Notes: a model not told the origin generated them from the letters alone. A stretch of 64,000 nucleotides of DNA from Candidatus Methylopumilus sp. (GCA_024640945.1 JAHEEA010000011.1:10576-74575), one strand, 5' to 3'; counted from the first letter of the stretch, positions 40,732 to 49,125 are shown. Program-made: numbers and translations.

Positions 40732-41364
40732 TTAGCCTTCAATTTTCCAGCTTGGTAACCGCCATTTGAAGTAGATCGTCATGATTCGCAAGGCTGAAAC
40801 CAAGGCGGCAGCAATTGAGAGTGTTAGCCATTCAGGTGTGTGGAATTGCGTCAATGTCACTACCGTTAAGCTACCGATGAAAGCGAGTACCGCATAAGGC
40901 TGATGATCGTTAAATGCCTTGGGGATTTCGTTACAAAAAATATCACGTAATACACCACCAAAAACTGCGGTGGTGACGCCCATTAATGCACAAACAATCA
41001 ATGGCATCTGATGTTCAATGGCAATTTGTGTGCCGAGTGCCGTAAATAAGCCTAATCCCAAAGCATCTGGAATTTGGATGGCTCGCTCGGTTAATGGAAT
41101 GTGCCGATTGCGCATAAAAAGAATCGCAAGCAAGCTGAGTAATAAAATCACCCATAACCAATAAGCATGCTCTACCCAAAAGAATGGGCGTCTATCTAAC
41201 AAGATGTCGCGCAATGTTCCGCCACCAAATGAAGATGCGCCAGTCACCACAAAAACACCGAATGCATCAAGATTCTTGCGTGCAGATGCAATTAAACCTG
41301 ATGCTGCAAAGGCAATTGTTGCAGTAATCTCGATGGCTTCTTGAAGAGGTAAATTAAGCGCCAT
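40732..41364 (-). CDS. UPF0126/TRIC-like cation channel family membrane protein
   Basis: Two internal repeats each ending in a GGGTLRD-type motif (FGGGTLRDILL, FGGVLRDIF); about 7 TM helices. Confidence 0.8.
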   Translation of the reverse strand: MALNLPLQEAIEITATIAFAASGLIASARKNLDAFGVFVVTGASSFGGGTLRDILLDRRPFFWVEHAYWLWVILLLSLLAILFMRNRHIPLTERAIQIPDALGLGLFTALGTQIAIEHQMPLIVCALMGVTTAVFGGVLRDIFCNEIPKAFNDHQPYAVLAFIGSLTVVTLTQFHTPEWLTLSIAAALVSALRIMTIYFKWRLPSWKIEG

Positions 41365-41387
41365 GATGGTTGATTGGGCGCTGCAGA

Positions 41388-42917
41388 TTAGTAATTGCTT
41401 CGCGCATTAGATGGCGTAGATGGCTTTAAATCAAATGCAATGCAAATACGCTCTTCGTTAGATGTGAATGGAATCGTTCTGTGAAAGAGTGACGAAGGAA
41501 ACAGTACGATTTCCCCTACATTAGGAATAACCCAACCAACTGGGAAGTTGCTATGTTTTTGTGGGTAGCTGTCGCCATGGGTGCCATATTCAAAAGCGCC
41601 TTCTTCAGGACTTTTTTTATCACTAGGCATCGCTAAATAAACCGCACCACTAATCCAGCCAATTTCATGGATATGAGAATCTAAATGCCCGCCCTGACGC
41701 ATTTTAACGAACCATGAGCTGGTGAATTCAAGCTCTTCTGGGAATGACTTAATGAGTTCACAATCGGCGCCTGCAAATTTATTTTTATAATTAATAAATT
41801 CTTTTTTAACAAGTTCACCAAGTGTTCTGAATGAGTCTTCAGGACGCTTAAATAAATTGCCGGCGGATTGCTTTCCGTTGTGCAACATCCCTTGTACGCG
41901 CTCAGCAATCTCGGCGTTATTGATGTCATTGAGAAGCGCGTTTAATAGTGGGCTGTTGGGTTCTGATAGCTCCGGAATCGCTGCGTTATATACAAAATCC
42001 AAACCGTTTTTACAAAAATTGTATGGGTCATCTACACCAAAGTTAATGGAATAATGCGTGGAAAGTGTTGCTAAGAATGGGGCTGTGTGGCTGCCAGACT
42101 TAACAATTACATCAAGTTTATTTTTGAATTTGTCAAAGCGTTCTGCTTTATATAAGCAATACATGCTGCGTTCTTGCCAGTCATCTAATTGACTAACTTC
42201 GAAATGCGGAATGGCTTCATCGTAACGTTTTGCTAAATATAAAAATTCAGCCATATTGTAGTTTGCGCTTGGATGATTAGGGTTAAGCGCTAAAGCATTT
42301 TGATAGCTTTTAATTGCTTCTTGCATATTGCCTTGGTCACGCAATGTTTCTCCCAAGTTGCTATGGGCATCCGCGTAATTTGGGAATAGTTGTATGGCTT
42401 GTTGATAGCTCTTAATCGCCTCATCAAGCTTTCCTTGATCTCTGAGAGCGGTGCCGAGATTAAAATAACCACGAGCGTCTGCGTTGATTGAAATCGCTTT
42501 GCGATAGCTAGCAACAGCTTCTTCCAATTTCCCTTGTTTTTGCATCAGTGTGCCAAGGTTGCCATAAGCTTCAAAGAATTTAGGATTGAGTGCAATAGCC
42601 TTACGGTAGCTATTTGCTGCTTCTTCAAATCGATTAAGGTTGCCGAATACAATGCCTAAATTGAAATGTAAATCTGGCATGTTTGGCTGTAGTTTGAGTG
42701 CGTTACGATAACTATTGATCGCGCCATCGTATTCACCTAAACCATCTAAAGCGATGCCGAGTACATTGTGTAGTAAAAATGTATTTGGATATTGAGCTAT
42801 TAGCGTTTGCGCCATATTTGCAGTGGCTGCTAGCTGGCCCGCATTAAGTAAATTCAATAGAGGTTGAATTTCCTGTTGGCTGGGTTGTTTGTTTGATGCT
42901 GAAAATGGAGTTGCCAT
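41388..42917 (-). CDS. TPR-repeat protein with C-terminal 2OG-Fe(II) oxygenase-like domain
   Basis: N-terminal half is about 6-7 TPR units (repeating A..Y..AL.L.P....A..NLG). C-terminal part (WFVKMRQGGHLDSHIH...GAVYL...LFPSSLFHRT...RICIAFD) fits the putative 2OG-FeII_Oxy_5-type fold. Confidence 0.7.
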   Translation of the reverse strand: MATPFSASNKQPSQQEIQPLLNLLNAGQLAATANMAQTLIAQYPNTFLLHNVLGIALDGLGEYDGAINSYRNALKLQPNMPDLHFNLGIVFGNLNRFEEAANSYRKAIALNPKFFEAYGNLGTLMQKQGKLEEAVASYRKAISINADARGYFNLGTALRDQGKLDEAIKSYQQAIQLFPNYADAHSNLGETLRDQGNMQEAIKSYQNALALNPNHPSANYNMAEFLYLAKRYDEAIPHFEVSQLDDWQERSMYCLYKAERFDKFKNKLDVIVKSGSHTAPFLATLSTHYSINFGVDDPYNFCKNGLDFVYNAAIPELSEPNSPLLNALLNDINNAEIAERVQGMLHNGKQSAGNLFKRPEDSFRTLGELVKKEFINYKNKFAGADCELIKSFPEELEFTSSWFVKMRQGGHLDSHIHEIGWISGAVYLAMPSDKKSPEEGAFEYGTHGDSYPQKHSNFPVGWVIPNVGEIVLFPSSLFHRTIPFTSNEERICIAFDLKPSTPSNARSNY

Positions 42918-42993
42918 AATCTTTTAAATTCTTTGTATAAGCGCTGAGGATAATACTGTCATCTTAAGAAAGATTCGCATAAATGAATAGTAC

Positions 42994-44226
42994 TTATGCT
43001 GGATTATTACCAGTACGGCTATTTTTAAGTTGTAAGGCCATATGACCTAAAAATCGCATTGCGATTTTTGGTTCGCTTAATACAAGCGCTTGAATGTGAT
43101 CGGAGCTAATCGCGATTACCTCAGCTACCGGTGAATCTACAATTGCATCTGCAATTCGGATTGGATCTGAGAGCATCGCCATTTCGCCGAAATAATCAGC
43201 TTCTTTCAGGCGGCGCATCAGCTTGCCGTCGCGAACCAAGGATATTTTCCCTGAAACGACATAATATAGATCATCCCCTTCTTCACCATCTTTAAAAACA
43301 GTATCTCCCTGTTTAAAGCTAATACCGTAGAGCCCAATTAATTTATTCATGAAGGCTTGGTTGCCTTTTTCTGTTTCATTAAATAAGCCGCGTAACAATA
43401 AAATATCTCGTTTGTGTAGTGTTGCGATTAACTCTGTACCTAAAAGGAAGATAGCAAAAGTGTAGTAAAGCCAAGCAAGTGAAACAAACACATTCTTCAT
43501 CCCTCCAAAAATGGCGCCGTAGGAGTGATTGGCTGAAAACACTTCAGTAAATAGTGGGCGCATACCCATCCATAAAATGGCGGTGACTAGAGAGCCAATC
43601 AAAATGTAATTAAGAGAAATTTTAATTGGGAAAAATAAACGATAAAAAATGGCAAGCAGAAGCGTAATGATGATGAGCGTACTTGCGGCCTCAAATATCA
43701 CTGAGTGTGCGAAAGCAAGATGAAAGAAATGTAAAAATTTCCCCAACATCAAATCTGCGAAAGTAAACATAAAAAATACAAATAGAATGCCGATGACAGC
43801 CAAAATATCCTGAATAGATTTTTTTAGGAATGATGGCGGTTCTGCAATGGCGAATATGTTGTAAAAAGCAGTTCTTAGTCCGCTCGCTAGTGGAATCGTA
43901 AACCAAAGCAGTGCAAAGGAACCTACAGCGCTCCAGGCGGTTTTATGTTGAGCGACCTTGTAAACTTCGGTCATGATGCGTCGACTCAGCTTGGGCTCAA
44001 AGTTGCTGGTAATAATTGCTAGGTTGATGACTGCGTGATTAGATGAAACGACTAGATAGCTCAATACGAAAAATAGAATGAGCGCCATCGGGATCATGGC
44101 AAACATCGCATAAAAAGACAGTGATGCGGATAAGTTAAGCCCACCATGTAGCTTATATGCGCTAAAAGTTTCACGTGTAATGAAAAAGGGCGTGCTGAAT
44201 CTTTGCTTATTGAAGAAATTACTCAA
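42994..44226 (-). CDS. YihY/BrkB-family membrane protein fused to a C-terminal cyclic-nucleotide-binding-like domain
   Basis: About 280 aa with 6 TM helices of YihY type. The remaining ~120 aa form a CAP-effector-like beta-roll (FKDGEEGDDLYYVVSGKISL...DYFGEMAML). Confidence 0.7.
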   Translation of the reverse strand: MSNFFNKQRFSTPFFITRETFSAYKLHGGLNLSASLSFYAMFAMIPMALILFFVLSYLVVSSNHAVINLAIITSNFEPKLSRRIMTEVYKVAQHKTAWSAVGSFALLWFTIPLASGLRTAFYNIFAIAEPPSFLKKSIQDILAVIGILFVFFMFTFADLMLGKFLHFFHLAFAHSVIFEAASTLIIITLLLAIFYRLFFPIKISLNYILIGSLVTAILWMGMRPLFTEVFSANHSYGAIFGGMKNVFVSLAWLYYTFAIFLLGTELIATLHKRDILLLRGLFNETEKGNQAFMNKLIGLYGISFKQGDTVFKDGEEGDDLYYVVSGKISLVRDGKLMRRLKEADYFGEMAMLSDPIRIADAIVDSPVAEVIAISSDHIQALVLSEPKIAMRFLGHMALQLKNSRTGNNPA

Positions 44227-44253
44227 ACCGATACCTTATATATGTAATGTTTT

Positions 44254-45222
44254 TTATTTTTCTTTTAATGCCATTTTAAAGCATTCGGTCGCTTCCACTA
44301 AGGCTGATGTAATCCCTATTTCCATAGCTGAGTGCCCAGCATCTGGAATCATATGAAAGCTGGCGTGTGGCATTGCTGATTTTAGGTCCCAGGCGCTTAC
44401 AGGTGGGCATACCATGTCATAGCGGCCTTGAATGATTGTCGTCGGTATTGATTGTAGCGTTTCTGCTTCTTTAATTAGGTCGCGCTGCCCTACAAAACAT
44501 TGATTGAGAATGTAATGAATTTGGACTCGTGCTCTTGCCACTTCAATTTCTGCAGGAGTTATATTAGTGTTCATTTGCTGTGCTCTTGGCAGCAGCGTCA
44601 TGATGCTGTTTTCAAAAGCGTTCCAATGCCGAGCCGCTTCGCTTGCTAGCTGAGAGTCATTTGAAAATACACGGCTAGCGTAAGCTTTTAAAACGTCATC
44701 TCGTTCAGAGTTGGGTAGGTAAGCTCTCAGTGCTTCATAAGCTTCAGGGTAAAAATAATTAATATCGCGTAAAAACCAATCAAGTTCATGAGATCGACTT
44801 AAAAAGATGCCGCGTAAAATAAGCCCTGTTACTGATGTTGGGTGGGCGATTGCATAGGTTAGGGCAAGTGTGCTGCCCCATGAGCCACCAAATACTAGCC
44901 ATTTTTCAATGTTTAAATGATTCTTAAGTACTTCAATGTCGCTAATCAGTGCGTCGGTATCGTTATCTTTGGTTTCGCCTGCAGGTTTGCTTCGGCCGCA
45001 ACCGCGTTGATCTAATAATATGATTCGATAAAAGCTAGGATCGAAAAATCTACGTTGGGTCGGGTTGCAACCGCTACCAGGGCCGCCATGTAAGAAAATG
45101 ATTGGATATCCATCCGGATTACCACATTCCTCATAGTAGATTTCATGAGTTTTTCCTACTTTTAACCAATTTGTCGCATAAGGGGTAATTTCTGGAAACA
45201 ACTTGTAGCTTTGTGAAAACAT
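44254..45222 (-). CDS. pip: Prolyl aminopeptidase (proline iminopeptidase)
   Basis: FLHGGPGSG, DQRGCGRS and the nucleophile elbow GGSWGSTLAL are characteristic of Pip. Confidence 0.88.
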   Translation of the reverse strand: MFSQSYKLFPEITPYATNWLKVGKTHEIYYEECGNPDGYPIIFLHGGPGSGCNPTQRRFFDPSFYRIILLDQRGCGRSKPAGETKDNDTDALISDIEVLKNHLNIEKWLVFGGSWGSTLALTYAIAHPTSVTGLILRGIFLSRSHELDWFLRDINYFYPEAYEALRAYLPNSERDDVLKAYASRVFSNDSQLASEAARHWNAFENSIMTLLPRAQQMNTNITPAEIEVARARVQIHYILNQCFVGQRDLIKEAETLQSIPTTIIQGRYDMVCPPVSAWDLKSAMPHASFHMIPDAGHSAMEIGITSALVEATECFKMALKEK

Positions 45223-45310
45223 TCTGAGTCGAGGCTTTCGTATTGATTATGTTGATGAATTGTAAATATGATAACACTCGAAAACTAGCGCTAATAAAAA
45301 GATTCGGATT

Positions 45311-45332
45311 ATTTGTAAATAAATTGTAAATA
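45311..45332 (+). repeat. Tandem direct repeat ATTTGTAAATA / AATTGTAAATA (11-bp phase) abutting the xoxF -35 box
   Basis: Copies at 45311-45321 and 45322-45332. Further copies at 45258-45268 (identical to the second) and 45431-45441 (AAATGTAAACA). Confidence 0.6.
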
Positions 45333-45337
45333 GACTA

Positions 45338-45366
45338 TTGCAAATCATTTTTGACTACTCTATTAT
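45338..45366 (+). promoter_or_regulatory. Candidate sigma-70 promoter of xoxF
   Basis: TTGCAA (45338-45343), 17-nt spacer, TATTAT (45361-45366). Implies a leader of roughly 130 nt. Confidence 0.45.
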
Positions 45367-45506
45367 CTCAAAACGCCCACAAATGTGAGGCGAAGGTAGT
45401 GAACGGAAAAGTCGCTTAATTACATCGAATAAATGTAAACAGTTTCGGATCTTAGTAATTGCTTTGTAGTTAAACCCTAGTAGTAACAACTATGGAGATT
45501 TAAAAA

Positions 45507-47384
45507 ATGGAGATGAGCAAAATCAAACTAGCTCTAGGTTTAGTGGTTGGTGCATCATTGGCTATGCCAATGGTAGCTTCTGCTGCTGCTGATCAAGAAG
45601 CTGCATTGAAAGACGCTAACAACTGGGCACATCCACGTGGCCAACACAATAACCAAGGTTATTCAGCATTAGCACAAATCAACAAAGGTAACGTTAAAAA
45701 CGTTAAAGCTGCATGGACATTCGCTACTGGTGTAAACCGTGGCCACGAAGGTTCACCAGTTGTTGTTGGTAACATGATGTATGTACATACAGCATTCCCA
45801 AACAACGTTTACGCTCTTGATTTGAACGACAATCAAAAAATCGTTTGGTCATACTTCCCTAAACAAGACCCATCAGTTCAAGCAGTTCTTTGCTGCGACA
45901 ACGTTTCACGTGGTCTAGGTTATGGCGATGGCAAAATCTTCTTGCAACAAAACGACGGTAACTTAGTTGCTCTTGATGCTAAGACAGGTAAAAAAGTATG
46001 GTCTGTATTGAATACAGATCCAAAAGTTGGTGCTACAAACACTAACGCTGCACACGTGATCAAAGACAAAGTGTTAACAGGTTGTTCTGGTGCTGAATTT
46101 GGTGTTCGTTGCTTTATCGCAGCTTACAACATCAAAGACGGTTCATTAGCTTGGAAAGCATACTCAACAGGTCCAGATTCAGAAATGTTGATCGGTGCTG
46201 ACTTCAATAAAGCTAACCCACAATACTCAGCATTGTCTGTTTATGAAGATGTTAACGGTGGTAACAAACAAGGTGGTTCATTCAAGAAAATCGCTAACGA
46301 CAAATTAAAAGTTGGTGAAAAAGATCTTGGTACACGTACATGGTTGAAACCACAAGCAGTTAAAGATGGTTGGCAACATGGTGGTGGCTCTGTATGGGGC
46401 TGGTGGCCATATGATTCAAAAACTAACCTAGTTTACTACGGTACAGGTAACCCATCAGTTTGGAACCCAGACGTACGTCCAGGCGACAACAAATGGTCAA
46501 TGACTGTATTCGCACGTGACTTAGACACTGGCGTTGCAAAATGGGGCATGCAAATGACTCCACATGACGAGTGGGATTACGACGGTATTAACGAAGTTAT
46601 CTTGTTCGACAAAGGTGGCAAAACATATGCTAACCATATGGACCGTAACGGTTTCGTGTACACATGGCAAGCTGACAACGGTACTTTAGTTGTTGCTAAC
46701 AAAGTACACCCATTCGTTAACTGGGCTACTGATGTTGATTTGAAAACTGGTGTGCCAAACAAATTGGCTACAGCTTCAACTCACCAAGATTACAATGCTA
46801 AGGGCGTATGTCCAGCTGCTTTAGGTACAAAAGACCAACAACCAGCTGCTTACTCACCAAAAACTGGCTTAATGTACATCCCATTGAACCACGTATGTAT
46901 GACTTACGAACCAGTTGAGTCTAAATACGTTGCTGGTCAACCATGGGTTGGTGCTACATTAACTATGTTTGCTGGTCCTGATGGCGTAATGGGCGGTTTC
47001 ACTGCTTGGGATCCTATCAAAGGCAAATCAGTTTGGTACAACAAAGAGAAATTCTCAGCATGGGGTGGTGTATTAACAACTGCTTCAGACTTAGTTTTCT
47101 ACGGTACTCTTGACCGTTGGTTCAAAGCTGTTGATGCACAATCAGGTAAAGAACTTTGGAAATTCCAAGTTGGTTCTGGCGTGATTGGTAATGCATTCAC
47201 ATACGGTAACAAAGGTAAACAATACGTTGGCGTGCTATCAGGTATCGGTGGCTGGGCTGGTGTTGCGATGAACCTTGGTATGACTAACCCAACAGACGCT
47301 CTTGGCGCTGCTGGTGGTTATGCTGAATTGACAAAATACAACGCTGCTCCTGGCGGCGGTGCATTGAACGTGTTCAGCCTATAA
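45507..47384 (+). CDS. xoxF: Lanthanide-dependent PQQ methanol/ethanol dehydrogenase, XoxF type
   Basis: Signal peptide. Vicinal Cys-Cys (VLCCDN, TGC TGC at 45891-45896). Eight-bladed propeller W-motifs. WDYDG with the additional Asp (GAC 46581-46583) that distinguishes XoxF from Ca-dependent MxaF (WDYAG). No mxaI small-subunit gene follows. Confidence 0.9.
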   Translation: MEMSKIKLALGLVVGASLAMPMVASAAADQEAALKDANNWAHPRGQHNNQGYSALAQINKGNVKNVKAAWTFATGVNRGHEGSPVVVGNMMYVHTAFPNNVYALDLNDNQKIVWSYFPKQDPSVQAVLCCDNVSRGLGYGDGKIFLQQNDGNLVALDAKTGKKVWSVLNTDPKVGATNTNAAHVIKDKVLTGCSGAEFGVRCFIAAYNIKDGSLAWKAYSTGPDSEMLIGADFNKANPQYSALSVYEDVNGGNKQGGSFKKIANDKLKVGEKDLGTRTWLKPQAVKDGWQHGGGSVWGWWPYDSKTNLVYYGTGNPSVWNPDVRPGDNKWSMTVFARDLDTGVAKWGMQMTPHDEWDYDGINEVILFDKGGKTYANHMDRNGFVYTWQADNGTLVVANKVHPFVNWATDVDLKTGVPNKLATASTHQDYNAKGVCPAALGTKDQQPAAYSPKTGLMYIPLNHVCMTYEPVESKYVAGQPWVGATLTMFAGPDGVMGGFTAWDPIKGKSVWYNKEKFSAWGGVLTTASDLVFYGTLDRWFKAVDAQSGKELWKFQVGSGVIGNAFTYGNKGKQYVGVLSGIGGWAGVAMNLGMTNPTDALGAAGGYAELTKYNAAPGGGALNVFSL

Positions 47385-47438
47385 TTAATTGTTGAAAAAC
47401 AATTGTTATAGAACTAACCGTTAGTTAGTTTGTCATAT

Positions 47439-47468
47439 AAACACCCCGCTTCGGCGGGGTGTTTTTTT
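47439..47468 (+). terminator. Strong terminator/attenuator between xoxF and xoxJ
   Basis: Stem acaccccgc / gcggggtgt, ttcg loop, T7 run. Confidence 0.85.
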
Positions 47469-47510
47469 ATACCTAGATTTAATCATCTAACGGAAAAAAG
47501 GAATGATGAA

Positions 47511-48428
47511 ATGATGAACAAGCTTTTAGTATCGCTATTTATTGGCAGCGTAATGATAGGAACAGCGATTGCTGACGATACTATCGACGTGCCAGTCATT
47601 AACCCTGATGAAGGTCGTATCGGCGAAGTGCGCCGTGTTGAAGACCCTACCGAATTTAAAGTCTGTGCTGATCCAGATAACATGCCTTACTCAAATGCAA
47701 GACAAGAAGGCTTTGAAGATAAGATCGCAGCATTGATTGCTCAAGATTTAGGCAAAAAATTAAGCTTCCAATATGCTTATTACAGACAAGGTTTCTTAAG
47801 AAATACCTTGAACGCAAACCGTTGTGATGTTGTGATGAGTACAACTTCAGATAACGACACGATGTTGACGTCAACACCTTATTACAGATCAACTCACGTA
47901 TGGGTGTATCGTAAAGATAAGGGTTATAACATTACGAATTGGGATTCGCCTGATTTAAGAAAAGGCATCATTGGTATCGTGGGTCAAAGTCCTGCATCAC
48001 GTCCTTTGGCAGACCATGATTTAATGGGTAATGCTCGTCCATACCGTTTACAACGTGACTTACATTTACCACCAAGTTTCTTAGTGGATGATGTCGTCAA
48101 AGGTGATATTGATGTTGCTGTTGTTTGGGGTCCAATCGGTGGCTACTTTGCAAAACAATCTAAAACACCGCTTTCAGTGGTTCAAATTCCTGAATACGAA
48201 AATATCAACGTAAAAGGTAAAGAAAACTGGAATATCTCTATTGGTGTTCGTAGAAAAGACAAAGAACGCATGGCTATGATTAATGATGTGATTAAACGTC
48301 GTCAAGCAGATATCGATAAGATTTTAGATGAGTATGCAATACCACACATCCCTGTAGTACTTGGCGACAGTATTGAGAAAAAAGCGCGCGAAAAAGTACA
48401 GGGTGAAAAAGTAGATAAGCCTATGTAA
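47511..48428 (+). CDS. xoxJ: MxaJ/XoxJ-like periplasmic solute-binding-fold protein associated with quinoprotein dehydrogenases
   Basis: Signal peptide MMNKLLVSLFIGSVMIGTAIA and the FKVCADPDNMPYSN motif typical of the MxaJ family. The ORF-track start at 47430 would span the terminator hairpin and was rejected. Confidence 0.8.
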   Translation: MMNKLLVSLFIGSVMIGTAIADDTIDVPVINPDEGRIGEVRRVEDPTEFKVCADPDNMPYSNARQEGFEDKIAALIAQDLGKKLSFQYAYYRQGFLRNTLNANRCDVVMSTTSDNDTMLTSTPYYRSTHVWVYRKDKGYNITNWDSPDLRKGIIGIVGQSPASRPLADHDLMGNARPYRLQRDLHLPPSFLVDDVVKGDIDVAVVWGPIGGYFAKQSKTPLSVVQIPEYENINVKGKENWNISIGVRRKDKERMAMINDVIKRRQADIDKILDEYAIPHIPVVLGDSIEKKAREKVQGEKVDKPM

Positions 48429-48433
48429 TGCAC

Positions 48434-48470
48434 TATGGTTGACTAAAAATGCATTAATTAGTCAACCATA
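48434..48470 (+). terminator. Long hairpin between xoxJ and the first cytochrome c (attenuator or RNA-processing/stability element)
   Basis: 13-bp perfect arms tatggttgactaa / ttagtcaaccata around an 11-nt loop, followed by a T-rich tttagtttgttt. Confidence 0.45.
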
Positions 48471-48559
48471 TTTAGTTTGTTTCGTTATAGAATACGTGTT
48501 CTAGATTAATCTGATAGAAGCAATCTAAAGTAGTACTAATTTAATACTTAGGAGATAAC

Positions 48560-49081
48560 ATGTTAGGCAACAAAGCAATTAAAGCAGCATTGATGGTTAC
48601 GCTTGTAACTTTGTCTGGTTTGCTACCTTTGCAAGCAAGTGCAGATTGTAAGTTTGTATCGACAAAAGATGGCAGTCCATTAGCTATTAAAGCAGTTGAT
48701 TCAGATACACCTGAAGCTAAACAATTTATAGCAACTTGTATCAATCCATACACTAAGAAGTTTGCTGAAAATAAAGAATTAGCAAATGCTGGTAAGAAAA
48801 AATTCGGTTACTGGTCATGTACCCAATGTCACGGCGGTAACGCTGGTGGTCAAACAGGCCCAAGTATTACTGATGCAACATGGCAATATTCTAAGCACGT
48901 GACAGACAAAGGTATGTTTGAAACGATTGCAGGTGGTTCTAACGGTGGTATGCCAACATGGCACAATCAACCAGCAGGCAATCCTGAATTGCTAAGCACT
49001 GATGAAATTTTAAAAATCATTGGTTGGTTACGTGTTGAATACAAAGGTGGTGGTGACACTCCTTGGTTAAATGACAAGTAA
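48560..49081 (+). CDS. xoxG: Periplasmic mono-haem c-type cytochrome, XoxG/cytochrome cL-like
   Basis: Sec signal peptide (..LQASA/DC). Single CTQCH haem site (48818-48832). Position in the xoxF-xoxJ cluster. Confidence 0.75.
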   Translation: MLGNKAIKAALMVTLVTLSGLLPLQASADCKFVSTKDGSPLAIKAVDSDTPEAKQFIATCINPYTKKFAENKELANAGKKKFGYWSCTQCHGGNAGGQTGPSITDATWQYSKHVTDKGMFETIAGGSNGGMPTWHNQPAGNPELLSTDEILKIIGWLRVEYKGGGDTPWLNDK

Positions 49082-49094
49082 TATTTGTTAGTTT

Positions 49095-49125
49095 AAAAAA
49101 GGGCTGCCAACTGGCAGCCCTTTTT
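49095..49125 (+). terminator. Rho-independent terminator
   Basis: A6-gggctgcc-aact-ggcagccc-T5. Confidence 0.85.

Noticed and set aside
45341-45356. CAAATCATTTTTGA in the xoxF promoter spacer resembling the AAATCATGATTTT operator
   Set aside because: It lacks the central GA and is therefore not palindromic. A half-site resemblance in AT-rich DNA is not enough to claim a shared regulator.
45507-47384. Calcium-dependent MxaF methanol dehydrogenase
   Set aside because: It has WDYDG (Asp) rather than WDYAG, has no mxaI small subunit, and no mxaACKLD genes are nearby. It fits XoxF.
47430-47510. N-terminal extension of the xoxJ ORF (TTG 47430)
   Set aside because: It would be translated through the xoxF terminator hairpin. 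ATG 47511 gives a normal signal peptide and has an AAGGAA RBS.
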